In this document: positions 30,045 to 39,359 of the stretch, one piece after another
Layout: every line of letters starts with the position of its first letter
Position numbering within the stretch: position 1 is the stretch's first letter
Source of the DNA: Actinomycetota bacterium
GTDB taxonomy: Bacteria; Actinomycetota; Geothermincolia; Fen-727; Anoxymicrobiaceae
Direction of reading: 5' to 3'
Assembly (NCBI GenBank): GCA_018896525.1
Contig: JAHIMR010000072.1
Coordinates: 32,718-96,717, forward strand
Length of the DNA: 64,000 nt
The notes under the pieces: model-generated
What the model saw: the letters and a program-made list of their open reading frames with translations, nothing else
The model's database searches: none
Told to the model about the DNA's origin: nothing
Made by a program: the position numbers and the translations under genes

Positions 30045-30290
30045 CCGTCTCATAAATACGGTGAAGCACCGAGAGCGTCGGTGCGCCGCGCCGGCAAGGC
30101 GCGCGACCGAGTCGTACTCCTGGAGTACGTCGAGAGAGCGGAACGCAGCCGGAGTGGATGCAGCGGCGTTCGAATGCCAGCGTATCTATGTAGCGGGGTA
30201 CCTAGCGTACTCACTGAGTACGTCGCAGGGAGCGGAACGCAGCAGGAGTGGATGCAGCGGCGTTCGAATGCCATTGTATTTGTGAGACGG
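30045..30290 (-). mobile_element. MITE copy 3 (orientation B) plus a ~88-bp tandem partial duplication of its right half
   Basis: The full unit 30045-30201 runs CATAAATACGGTGAAGCACCGAGAGCG...CGTATCTATGTAGCGGGGTAC. The half-copy 30203-30290 repeats the central palindrome and right arm (GTACTCACTGAGTAC...GAATGCCATTGTATTTGTG). Confidence 0.85.
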
Positions 30291-30333
30291 GACACTAGAG
30301 ATTGATTCCAATTGGTTTCGGAGGAGACGGTAG

Positions 30334-30576
30334 ATGAGAGCTTTTACGATAGTAGTGCTGTGTGTGCACGTAGGTGTATCGATGGGGTTGATAATATCGG
30401 TACTGCTGCACTCGGGCAGAGGCGGGGGACTATCAAGCGCGCTGGGCGGGGCAAGTCCATCAACGTTCTCCGGGTCCCAGATTGTAGAGAAGAACCTCGA
30501 CCGTATTACCATAGGGCTAGGTGTCGTTTTCGCCATCACCACACTGCTTCTGGTCTGGCAACTGAACCCCACGTAG
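30334..30576 (+). CDS. secG: Preprotein translocase subunit SecG
   Basis: 80 aa with two TM helices and a Gly-rich loop (HSGRGGGLSSALGG). GGAGGAGACGG RBS. Confidence 0.88.
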   Translation: MRAFTIVVLCVHVGVSMGLIISVLLHSGRGGGLSSALGGASPSTFSGSQIVEKNLDRITIGLGVVFAITTLLLVWQLNPT

Positions 30577-30660
30577 CGGTTGCGGGAACGCGTTTTCAAG
30601 TTGCGCGCCCCATAGGGGTGTGATAAACTCAATTTGACTTTAGAAGAGTGCTCGAGAGAT

Positions 30661-30690
30661 GAGTGGGCAAGCGCCCACTCTTTGTTTACT
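30661..30690 (+). terminator. Intrinsic terminator-like hairpin (GAGTGGGC-AAGC-GCCCACTC + TTTGTTT): either the secG terminator or a rimP-nusA leader attenuator
   Basis: An 8-bp GC-rich stem with a 4-nt loop followed by a T-run, 85 nt after secG and 13 nt before the rimP start. Confidence 0.55.
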
Positions 30691-30702
30691 TAGGGGAAAG
30701 AG

Positions 30703-31167
30703 TTGGAGTGTGAAGTTCGAGAAAATGTGTTTGAAGCAACCCGGGGGGTTATACGAGGGCTGGGGTTTGAGCCGGTTGACGTAGAAGCCACGCGGGAAGG
30801 AGGGCGGCTGTTCATAAGAATACTGATAGACCGTGAAGATGGGGTCACAGTTGATGATTGCGCGATTACAAGCGGTCTTATCGGTAAGGTGCTGGAGCGG
30901 GAGGATGTCGTGAAAGGACCTTACGTGCTGGAGGTTATGAGCCCTGGAGTAAACAGGCGTCTGAAGAGGCCGGAGGACTTTTCCGCGAGCAGCGGGAAGA
31001 GAATCAAGGTGAAGTTATTCCAGCCGTTTGAGGGAAGTAGAAGTTACTCCGGGGTCCTGATGGATTCAGGGGAGGTCTCGTTTGCGCTGGAACTGGGGAA
31101 CGAGCTGTTGGAACTCAAGTACGAGAGTGTTTCGATGGCAACGCTTGACCCGGAACTTCCATGGTAG
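30703..31167 (+). CDS. rimP: Ribosome maturation factor RimP
   Basis: 154 aa in the conserved position upstream of nusA; TTG start after GGGGAAAGAG. Confidence 0.8.
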   Translation: MECEVRENVFEATRGVIRGLGFEPVDVEATREGGRLFIRILIDREDGVTVDDCAITSGLIGKVLEREDVVKGPYVLEVMSPGVNRRLKRPEDFSASSGKRIKVKLFQPFEGSRSYSGVLMDSGEVSFALELGNELLELKYESVSMATLDPELPW

Positions 31168-31192
31168 GCGGTAGAAGAGGATGTGTTGATCG

Positions 31193-32614
31193 ATGGATTC
31201 AGAACTGATCCAGGCATTAAAGCGAATTGAGATGGAAAAGGGACTGGCGTTTGATACGGTCCTGGACGCGCTCAGTGAAGCGCTGCTTTCCGCCTATATG
31301 AAAAATTATGGAGTGGAGGTCGAAGCCCGGGTGGATATAGACAGTGAAACCGGGCAGATGAAGGTCATCGAGCTAAGGGAGAACGAGTCCGGCGAGATCG
31401 AGGAAGTGGAGGTCACGCCGGCTAACTTCGGGAGGATAGCTGCTCAGACCGCCAAGCAGGTGATAGTCCAACGTATCCGGGAAGCCGAGAGAGAGTTGAT
31501 GTTCGACGAGTACCAGGATCGCGAGGGCGATATTGTAACCGGCATAGTACAGCAGAGTGACCACCGTTACACGTTGATAGACCTGGGTAAAGTAGAGGCC
31601 CTGCTCCCACCGAGCGAACAGGTGCGTGGAGAGAGGTACGAACACGGAGCCCGGTTGAAGACGTACATAGTGGATGTCCGCAGGACGAACAAGGGTCCCC
31701 AGATCATGGTATCGCGAACTCATCCCGGCCTGTTAAAGAGGCTTTTCGAGCTGGAGGTCCCGGAGATTTTTGACGGCCTGGTAGAGATCAAGGCGATTGC
31801 CAGAGAGGCCGGACAGCGGTCCAAGGTGGCGGTTGAGTCTAATGATACCAATGTGGACCCGGTAGGCGCCTGCGTGGGCGCCAAGGGGTCCAGGGTGCGC
31901 ATGATAGTAAGTGAGCTCAGGGGAGAGAAAGTCGACATCGTGGAGTGGAAAGAGGATCCCGCCGAGTTCATCGCAAACGCCATAAGCCCGGCCAAGGTGA
32001 AGGAGGTACTGATCGATCCGGCAAGCGAAACGGCCGAGGTCGTAGTGCCCGATAACCAGCTCTCCCTGGCGATTGGAAAAGAGGGGCAGAACGCCAGGCT
32101 GGCCGCGAAGATGACCGGGTGGCGGATAGACATCCTGAGCGAGTCGCAGGCGACGGAGGCCGCGGCGCGGAGGGCCGAACGTGAGCTTCAAGGTGAGGTG
32201 GCTGAAGATGAAGAGCGGCAATGCCGAGCGATAACCGCTTCGGAACGGAGGTGCAGGAACAAGGCGCTGCCGGGCTCCGATTTCTGCGGAATACCGGCGC
32301 ACCAGAAGCTTGCCGATTTGCTCGAGCAAGGGTCGGCACAGGTAGAGGTATTCTCTCCGGTCGAGGACGTGGACGACGAAACGGAGGTTCCCGGCGAGGA
32401 ATCGGCGAAGGATTCGGAGCCGCGGGCGACAGAGAAATCCGAGGCTGATGTCGGCGAGCCGGAAGGCTCCGTGACGGAAGCGGTGAACGATGAGGAGCCG
32501 GGAGAGTCCCAAATGGTTGAAGCCGGAACTGAAGAAGGGGTCCCGGGCGAAGGTCCTGAGGTGGAGGAGCCGGACGCAGCTGATAGCGTCGACAGTTCGG
32601 AGGAAGGCGGGTGA
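31193..32614 (+). CDS. nusA: Transcription termination/antitermination factor NusA with atypical C-terminal Cys-cluster and acidic tail
   Basis: N-terminal domain, S1 and two KH domains (to ~aa 345). Then CRAITASERRCRNKALPGSDFCGIPAH followed by ~100 aa of D/E-rich sequence in place of AR1/AR2. Confidence 0.92.
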   Translation: MDSELIQALKRIEMEKGLAFDTVLDALSEALLSAYMKNYGVEVEARVDIDSETGQMKVIELRENESGEIEEVEVTPANFGRIAAQTAKQVIVQRIREAERELMFDEYQDREGDIVTGIVQQSDHRYTLIDLGKVEALLPPSEQVRGERYEHGARLKTYIVDVRRTNKGPQIMVSRTHPGLLKRLFELEVPEIFDGLVEIKAIAREAGQRSKVAVESNDTNVDPVGACVGAKGSRVRMIVSELRGEKVDIVEWKEDPAEFIANAISPAKVKEVLIDPASETAEVVVPDNQLSLAIGKEGQNARLAAKMTGWRIDILSESQATEAAARRAERELQGEVAEDEERQCRAITASERRCRNKALPGSDFCGIPAHQKLADLLEQGSAQVEVFSPVEDVDDETEVPGEESAKDSEPRATEKSEADVGEPEGSVTEAVNDEEPGESQMVEAGTEEGVPGEGPEVEEPDAADSVDSSEEGG

Positions 32615-32889
32615 CGTTGGCGGTTCCGGTGAGGACGTGCGCCGGGTGTGGCGCCAGAAGGCCCAGGAGTGAAATGATAAGGGTCGCCGCCGACAGAAAC
32701 GGAAACGTGCATGTAACCGGTAAGATGAGTACTCCGGGACGAGGTGCATATATATGCCCCAGGCGGGCATGCCTGGGGACAGCGCGTGATAAGGGAGGCT
32801 TGCGCCGGGGATTGAAGGTCCATGTCTCGGATGCGGTCTTTGAGGAGCTTGGGCAGTTAATAGGGAGCCAACGAGGACAGATTGGGTAA
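32611..32889 (+). CDS. ylxR: YlxR/RnpM family protein (DUF448)
   Basis: RTCAGCGARRPRSEMIRV...ICP motif typical of YlxR; lies between nusA and infB. Confidence 0.8.
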   Translation: MTLAVPVRTCAGCGARRPRSEMIRVAADRNGNVHVTGKMSTPGRGAYICPRRACLGTARDKGGLRRGLKVHVSDAVFEELGQLIGSQRGQIG

Positions 32890-35386
32890 TATAAGGGTTC
32901 ACCAACTGGCAACCGAACTACGGAAATCAAACCGTGAGGTTTCTGACAGGCTTCGCAAACTCGGAATAGAGGCCAAGACCAACCTCTCGTCTGTAACTCC
33001 CGAGGATTCAAACAGGGTAAGGGTGTCATTCGGCATGGAACCCCTCAAAATCGTGAAGCCGAAGCCGAAGAAGAAGCTCGCCAAGAAGAAGCCCGCCGCA
33101 AAAAAGGAAAAGAAGCCGGCCGGGAAGAAGCCCGCCGCAAAAAAGGAAAAGAAGCCGGCCAGGAAGAAGCCCGCCGGGAAGAAACCCGCTGCGAAAAAGC
33201 CCGCTGCAAAAAAGGAAAAGAAGCCGGCCGGGAAGAAGCCGGCCGGGAAGAAACCGGCCAAGAAGAAGCCCGCCGCAAAAAAGGCAACGAAGCCTGCCCG
33301 GAAGAAAGAGCCTGCAAAGAAGGCGGTCGCCGGCCCCCTCCCAGCACCGGCAGAGGAGTCAGGGGAGAAGGCGCCTGTCAAGAAGGTGCCCGCAAAGGCC
33401 AGGATTGAGACAGGAAAGCCTGAAAGGGCTGCATCGGCGGTAGAGACAAAGAAAGCGCCGGTCAGGCCGAAGGTGAAAGAGGCACGGGTACCCGAGAAAA
33501 CGGAGCAGAAGAAACTGCGAGTAGCCCCCCCCGATAAGAAGGCCAGGGCCGCCCGACCCTCGGGAAGAAGGAAGGGTGTTTATCGGTTCGTACCTCGAGG
33601 GAGGAGGGCGCCGTCCAGGGCGAAGGGCCCCCCCAGCACAAAGGCCAGGAAACACCTGCGCGTGCCTTGCGGAGTAACAGTGAAGGAGTTCGCTCAGATG
33701 GCGGGCCTGACCCCGTCTGATGTACTCAAGAGGTTGGTGGATTTCGGAGAGACGCTGACCGTGAACCAGTCGATACCGAACGATGCCTTGAAGCTCCTCT
33801 CCGAGAGTATTGGGGTCGAGATAAAGATAAAGGCCCCCCGGTTGGCTGAATTCGAGGAGATAGTCGACGACCCCGAGGACCTGGTAGATAAGCCACCGGT
33901 AGTCACGGTAATGGGCCACGTGGACCACGGAAAAACACTACTGCTTGACGCCATACGAAAGAGCGATGTGGTGGGGTCCGAGGTGGGGGGGATCACCCAG
34001 CACATAGGCGCCTACCAGATTGAGTTCAACGGAAAGATCATTACATTCATTGATACGCCCGGGCACGAGTCGTTCACCGCCATGAGAGCCCGTGGTGCGG
34101 GAATAACAGACATAGCGATACTGGTGGTAGCGGCGGATGACGGTGTAATGCCGCAGACCCTGGAGGCTCTCGACCACGCCAATGAGGCGGACGTGCCGGT
34201 GATAGTTGTTGTGAACAAGATAGACAAGCCGGATGCCGATCCCCACAGGGTGAGGCAACAGCTGTCCGAAAGGGGATTGCTTCCCGAGGAGTGGGGCGGT
34301 GAACATGTGTTCACCGACGTTTCCGCCAAGGAAGGCGACAATATCGATCACCTCCTGGAGATGATCTTGTTGATCTCCGAGATGCACGAACTAAAGGCAA
34401 ACACGAACGCTCCGGCAAGCGGTGTCGTGGTGGAGGCCGGGCTCGACAAAGCGCGGGGAGCGGTTTCCACGTTCCTCGTACAACGGGGCACAGCGCGCAT
34501 CGGGGACGTTGTAGTCGCGGGAACGGAATGGGGGAAGATAAGGGCGATGTTCGACGACCGGGCGCAGCCCGTCAAGAGCGCGGGGCCCGCGACACCGGTT
34601 GAGGTCCTTGGGCTTTCGAATCCTCCCATAGCAGGTGACGAATTCAGGGTTGTCGACAGTGAGAAGATGGCGCGGCAGATGGCCGACAGACAAAGGGCGG
34701 AGAAAAAGCGGCAGGAGCCAGGGGTGAATCGCGAGGTTTCCCTCGAGAACTTTCTTGATCGCATCAGGGAAGGTGAGATATCGCGTTTGAAGCTGGTGAT
34801 GAAAACAGACACCCAGGGCTCCCTGGAAGCGATACTCGATTCGCTTGAGAGACTATCCACCGACGATGTCAAGCTCGATGTAATCCACAGTGGTGTGGGA
34901 GGAATCAGCGAGACGGACATAATGCTCGCTTCCGCGAGTGAGGCTATAGTGATGGGCTTTCACGTAAGGCCGGAACCCAAGGCATCCCGGGCGGCGGAAC
35001 TGGAGAACGTCGAGATAAGGACCTACCAGGTCATATACGACCTGACTGATGACGTACAGGACGCGCTTATCGGGATGCTCGAGCCTGTATATGAGGAAGA
35101 GGAGCTCGCGAGGGCCGAGGTCAAGACGACGTTCCGCGTGCCGGGGATGGGAGTTATCGCGGGCTCATACATAGTCGAGGGCGAGATTAGCAGGAACAAT
35201 AGGGTGAGGGTGGTCCGCGACGATACTGTTGTCTACGACAGCAAAGTATCGTCCCTCAGGCGGTTCAAGGACGACGTCAAGTCGGTCGCCATGGGATACG
35301 AGTGCGGTATTGGGATACAGGACTTCCAGGACCTGAAGGAAGGCGATATCCTGGAGGTGTACGAGATGCGAGAGGTACCCCGTTAG
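32882..35386 (+). CDS. infB: Translation initiation factor IF-2 with Lys/Ala/Pro-rich repetitive N-terminal region
   Basis: G domain ([29 protein letters not shown]) and C-terminal beta-barrels. The N-terminus carries [28 protein letters not shown]-type repeats. Confidence 0.95.
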   Translation: MGNIRVHQLATELRKSNREVSDRLRKLGIEAKTNLSSVTPEDSNRVRVSFGMEPLKIVKPKPKKKLAKKKPAAKKEKKPAGKKPAAKKEKKPARKKPAGKKPAAKKPAAKKEKKPAGKKPAGKKPAKKKPAAKKATKPARKKEPAKKAVAGPLPAPAEESGEKAPVKKVPAKARIETGKPERAASAVETKKAPVRPKVKEARVPEKTEQKKLRVAPPDKKARAARPSGRRKGVYRFVPRGRRAPSRAKGPPSTKARKHLRVPCGVTVKEFAQMAGLTPSDVLKRLVDFGETLTVNQSIPNDALKLLSESIGVEIKIKAPRLAEFEEIVDDPEDLVDKPPVVTVMGHVDHGKTLLLDAIRKSDVVGSEVGGITQHIGAYQIEFNGKIITFIDTPGHESFTAMRARGAGITDIAILVVAADDGVMPQTLEALDHANEADVPVIVVVNKIDKPDADPHRVRQQLSERGLLPEEWGGEHVFTDVSAKEGDNIDHLLEMILLISEMHELKANTNAPASGVVVEAGLDKARGAVSTFLVQRGTARIGDVVVAGTEWGKIRAMFDDRAQPVKSAGPATPVEVLGLSNPPIAGDEFRVVDSEKMARQMADRQRAEKKRQEPGVNREVSLENFLDRIREGEISRLKLVMKTDTQGSLEAILDSLERLSTDDVKLDVIHSGVGGISETDIMLASASEAIVMGFHVRPEPKASRAAELENVEIRTYQVIYDLTDDVQDALIGMLEPVYEEEELARAEVKTTFRVPGMGVIAGSYIVEGEISRNNRVRVVRDDTVVYDSKVSSLRRFKDDVKSVAMGYECGIGIQDFQDLKEGDILEVYEMREVPR
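33085..33300. repeat. Tandem ~42-48-bp DNA repeats inside infB encoding the K/A/P-rich N-terminal repeats
   Basis: GAAGAAGCCCGCCGCAAAAAAGGAAAAGAAGCCGGCCGGGAA recurs three or more times, with variants. Confidence 0.8.
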
Positions 35387-35416
35387 AGCCCGCCCGAGCG
35401 AATAACCACTGGAGCA

Positions 35417-35740
35417 GTGGAGGAATTCGTGAAATTCTTCGTGGGAATAGGAAGGTACCGCCTGGATTTGAGGAACTGCATGTCACTTAAGGACAAGCGA
35501 AGAGTGATAAAGAGCCTGGTGGACCGATTGGGGCGGGGAAACCTTGGCTGCGCCTCGGAGATAGGGCCCGGTGAGTACCCGAAGAGTGGCGATCTGGCGT
35601 ATGTGTGTTTATCCTCGTCACACCAAGTAGTGGATCGCATGCTCTCGAAATCGGTAGAGATGCTCGAGGGCACCGGAGTGGACATCCTGGAAATCCAGCA
35701 TTGGATACTCAGTCCGGAAGATATCATGGAGACACGGTGA
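35417..35740 (+). CDS. DUF503 (YlxP-like) protein
   Basis: ~100-aa protein in the conserved slot between infB and rbfA; the SLKDKRRVIKSL motif is typical of DUF503. Confidence 0.75.
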   Translation: MEEFVKFFVGIGRYRLDLRNCMSLKDKRRVIKSLVDRLGRGNLGCASEIGPGEYPKSGDLAYVCLSSSHQVVDRMLSKSVEMLEGTGVDILEIQHWILSPEDIMETR

Positions 35741-36105
35741 TGTCTCGTCGAGTGGACCGGGTGGAAGAGGCGTGCAAGGAAGAACTCTCGGAGATACTGC
35801 AGCGGGAGATCAAGGACCCGCGCGTTGGATTTGTAACCATAACCAGGGTGAAGCTCACTCGAGACCTGCGTCACGCCAGGGTATACATCAGCATAATGGG
35901 GAGCGATAATGAGGTACGGCAGTCGCTGGAGGGCCTGGAGAGCGCGCGCGGATACCTCAGGGCCCGCCTCGGGGAACACCTGCGGCTCAAGTACCTGCCG
36001 GAGATTGATTTCCGTCACGAGCGGATAGCCCAGGAAGCGCTTGAACTGGAGAGGTTACTGCGACAGGCGGCCCAGGACGAGGAGCGCGGCGATGGGGATC
36101 AATAG
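35740..36105 (+). CDS. rbfA: Ribosome-binding factor A
   Basis: MSRRVDRVEEACKEELSEILQREIKDPRVGFVTITRVKLTRDLRHARVYISIMG. ATG 35740 overlaps the DUF503 TGA. The ORF-track start 35605 is an upstream extension. Confidence 0.9.
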   Translation: MSRRVDRVEEACKEELSEILQREIKDPRVGFVTITRVKLTRDLRHARVYISIMGSDNEVRQSLEGLESARGYLRARLGEHLRLKYLPEIDFRHERIAQEALELERLLRQAAQDEERGDGDQ

Positions 36106-37066
36106 GGGTGAGGTAGGCAGGGCCAATAGACTCATCGAGGAGAGTGACTCCGTGGTGGTCCTCAGCCACCAGAACCCGGACGGCGACGCGTTCGGTTCCG
36201 TGCTGGGTCTCGGGTTGATGTTGAGAGGAGCAGGGCTGAACGTCAAGGCCTCCTGGCCGGATCCAGTCGAACTGCCCCTCAAGTACGAGTTCTTACCAGG
36301 CAAGGAGCTGCTGATAAGCCCCGCAGACCTGCGGCCCCAAGGCCTGGTGATAGCGGTCGATTGTGCTAACGCGGGCCGGCTGGGCGAACTGGAGGACGCC
36401 GTGCTGAAGGTGGACAATATCATAAATATCGATCACCATCCGGACAACTCACTGTTCGGCACGGTGAACCTGGTAGACGCGGCCGCATCGGCGACCACGG
36501 AGATACTATATGAGGAAGCCGATGATCTCGGCCTGGAGCTGGACAGGGATATTGCGGTTTGTTTGTACACCGGGCTGGTGACGGATACGGGGAGGTTTCA
36601 GTTCAGCAATACATCCGCGGAGACATTCCGTATCGCCTCGGAACTGGTCGAGATGGGGGCGGAGCCAAATCGGCTTTACGAGGAGATTTTCCAGGGTGAT
36701 ACGCTATCGTACATGCGGCTTACCGGTGAGATGGTTTCCCGGGCCGTGTTCGAGCCCGAAACGGGCCTTGTCCACGTGTTCATGCCGCAGGAAGAACTCA
36801 GGCGCTTCGGAGTTGAGATGAACGAGACGGAGGACCTGATCGATTCTTTGAGGACACTCAGGGGGCACAGGATAGCCGCGCTGTTCAAGGAGCAGGATGA
36901 CGGGAGGATAAGGGTCAGCCTTCGCTCCCGGGCCGACACCGACATAGGGACCGTGGCCAGGAGTCTCGGAGGAGGAGGACACCGGGTGGCCGCCGGGTAT
37001 ACGTCCGAGAAGGGCAGCTTCGAGGAAGCGCTTCAGGAGCTTAAAGGAGAGATAGTTGCCCCCTGA
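36091..37066 (+). CDS. nrnA: DHH/DHHA1 phosphoesterase, NrnA-like (oligoribonuclease/pAp phosphatase)
   Basis: DHH motif VVLSHQNPDGDAFGSVLGL, a DHHA1 C-terminal domain ending with GGGH. ATG 36091 overlaps the rbfA end. Confidence 0.85.
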
Positions 37067-38006
37067 CGCGATTCTGGTAGTTGACAAGCCGCGCGGACCC
37101 ACGTCAAGGCAGGTGGCGGAAGCAGTCAGGAGGGTAGCCGGGGCGGGTAAGGCCGGGCACGCCGGCACCCTGGATCCGATATCCACCGGGGTCCTGGTGG
37201 TCTGTCTGGGCAGGGGAACGTTGCTGTCGGGGTACCTGGCCGGTGGCGGGAAGGAGTACCTGGTATCGGCTCTCATGGGAGTAGAAACAGAAACTTATGA
37301 CACCGACGGGGAGATAACCGCGCGGGGCGATACCACCGGCCTGTCACGGGAGGAGACCGAGGCGTCGTTCGACTGTTTGCTGGGACACATCCTTCAGAAG
37401 CCGCCGATGTACTCGGCGGTAAAGCACAAGGGGAAGCCGCTGCACCGTTATGCGAGGAGCGGCATCAAGGTTGAGGTGGAGCCCCGGTTGGTTGAGGTGA
37501 AGTCCATCGAGCTTGTTTCGCTGGTCAGGGACGGGAGTGAGCTGCGGGCCGGCCTCAAGGTGGTTTGCGGGCCGGGGACGTATATCAGGAGCCTGGTCCA
37601 CGAGATAGGCGGGAAGCTGGGTTGTGGTGCGTGCGTGGAGGAACTCAGGAGGACCAGGTCCGGCCGGTTTGGTATTGAAGGTGCCCCCACGCTGGATCGC
37701 CTTTCATCGGCGGAACCGGAGGAGATAGCGGAATTCATCACGTCTCTGGAGGACGCAACGGCCTGGTTCCCGACGGTTGTGGTCAACAAAGAGGGGATGT
37801 CAGGCGTGGGCGCGGGGAAGCAGTTGCTCGCCCGATGGATCAACGAGAGTGGAGGGGAAGTAGAGAAAGGCGAGGTGTTTCGCGTGCTCGACCGGCGGGG
37901 ACAGTTGTTGGCGCTGTACGGCCCACCCAGGGAAAGTGACGGGGATGGTACTGTCGGGAGAGCGGTCAGGGTAATCCGACCGGTGACACTCGAAGAGCGA
38001 GAATAA
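37056..38006 (+). CDS. truB: tRNA pseudouridine(55) synthase
   Basis: VVDKPRGPTS...GHAGTLDP catalytic motif and a PUA-like C-terminus. Confidence 0.92.
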   Translation: MPPDAILVVDKPRGPTSRQVAEAVRRVAGAGKAGHAGTLDPISTGVLVVCLGRGTLLSGYLAGGGKEYLVSALMGVETETYDTDGEITARGDTTGLSREETEASFDCLLGHILQKPPMYSAVKHKGKPLHRYARSGIKVEVEPRLVEVKSIELVSLVRDGSELRAGLKVVCGPGTYIRSLVHEIGGKLGCGACVEELRRTRSGRFGIEGAPTLDRLSSAEPEEIAEFITSLEDATAWFPTVVVNKEGMSGVGAGKQLLARWINESGGEVEKGEVFRVLDRRGQLLALYGPPRESDGDGTVGRAVRVIRPVTLEERE

Positions 38007-38923
38007 TGGAGCTTCTTGAGAAAACCGATGACTTCAAGGGCCATGGTAGTGAGTCAACAGTGACAATAGGGGTTTTCGATGGTGTCCATCGCGGGCACCA
38101 GGAGATAATATCGGAGTGTGTTCGTGAGGCGCGCCGCCGCGGGATACCATCGGTGGTGCTTACGTTCGAGCGGAACCCCCGGGAGGTCGTAAGCGGGGAG
38201 TTTCCTTGCGTTATCACCGCCCCGCGGAGGAAGATCACGATACTCGAGGAGCTTGGTGTTGATTTCACGATATCGGTAAGGTTCAACAGTCGGTTCGCGT
38301 CCCTGGGGCCGGACCGGTTCTGCCGGTTGATACTGGAGGGACACCTTGGAGCCAGGGAGGTCTGCGTGGGAGAGAACTTCCACTTTGGTTCCGGGGGGAA
38401 GGGTGATGTCGCACTGCTCGCTCGCCAGGGAGAGGTACTGGGATTTCAGGTGGATGTGGTGCCGCTGATCTCGGTGGGTGGCGAAACCCTCTCCAGCACG
38501 TTAATAAGGAGACTTATCGGTGAAGGGCGGGCCGGCGAGGTTACCCGGGGCCTGGGCAGGCCGTATACCGTGACCGGCAGGGTCGTAAGGGGGCACGACC
38601 GAGGCAAGAGAATGGGATTTCCCACCGCGAACCTGTCTCTGGTGCGCGACTTTTGCGTGCCTGCTGATGGGGTCTATGCCGGAATGGCGATTCTGGGCGA
38701 GAACGGGTACCGGTGCGCGATCAATATCGGGAGCAACCCGACATTCGGTGACGAGGAGGTCGCGCTGGAGGTGTTCATGATTGATTTTGATGGCGATATC
38801 TACGGAGAATCGCTTGAGGTGGAGTTCCATCACCGATTGAGGCCCGAGATCGCCTTTAAGGGCGAGAAGGAGTTGGCACGGCAGATCGAGAAGGACGTGG
38901 AGGCGGCAAGATCGCTTCTTTGA
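38006..38923 (+). CDS. ribF: Bifunctional riboflavin kinase / FAD synthetase
   Basis: N-terminal FMN adenylyltransferase (GVFDGVHRGHQ) and C-terminal flavokinase (GRPYTVTGRVVRGHDRGKRMGFPTAN). Confidence 0.92.
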   Translation: MELLEKTDDFKGHGSESTVTIGVFDGVHRGHQEIISECVREARRRGIPSVVLTFERNPREVVSGEFPCVITAPRRKITILEELGVDFTISVRFNSRFASLGPDRFCRLILEGHLGAREVCVGENFHFGSGGKGDVALLARQGEVLGFQVDVVPLISVGGETLSSTLIRRLIGEGRAGEVTRGLGRPYTVTGRVVRGHDRGKRMGFPTANLSLVRDFCVPADGVYAGMAILGENGYRCAINIGSNPTFGDEEVALEVFMIDFDGDIYGESLEVEFHHRLRPEIAFKGEKELARQIEKDVEAARSLL

Positions 38924-38995
38924 CTTTGCCGGTAAGATGTGTTTGGTGTATAAGATATGATAGTATTTCGCGGAAACGATTCAAGTGGAGAGTAA

Positions 38996-39262
38996 ATGAC
39001 AACACGAGATGAGAAAAAAGAAATAGTCAACAAGTTCAGTGTGCATGAGTCAGACACCGGTTCCCCCGAAGTTCAGGTTGCGTTACTGACTAAAAAGATA
39101 GATGAATTGACCGAACACCTTAAGGAGCACAAGAAAGACCATCACACACGCAGGGGTTTGCTGATGAAGGTCGGGCAGAGAAGGAGGTTGCTGGATTACT
39201 TAAAGAAAGAAGATGTCGAGAGGTATCGGGCTCTTATCAAGGAACTCGGACTGAGAAGGTAA
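38996..39262 (+). CDS. rpsO: 30S ribosomal protein S15
   Basis: 88 aa with the [16 protein letters not shown]...[16 protein letters not shown] signature. Confidence 0.95.
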   Translation: MTTRDEKKEIVNKFSVHESDTGSPEVQVALLTKKIDELTEHLKEHKKDHHTRRGLLMKVGQRRRLLDYLKKEDVERYRALIKELGLRR

Positions 39263-39359
39263 GGCCCAACCGGGTACCGGCTCGGATCAGGCACGCGGGA
39301 GCGAAGCCGGTCCGGGATCTAATGGTTTGGAAGCAAGGGCTAAGGAGGCTCATTTTTTT

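Noticed and set aside
32899-33381. Minus-strand ORF with FFAAGFF repeats (and 33045-33347)
   Set aside because: It is antisense to the IF2 K/A/P-repeat region; the repetitiveness derives from the infB tandem DNA repeats.
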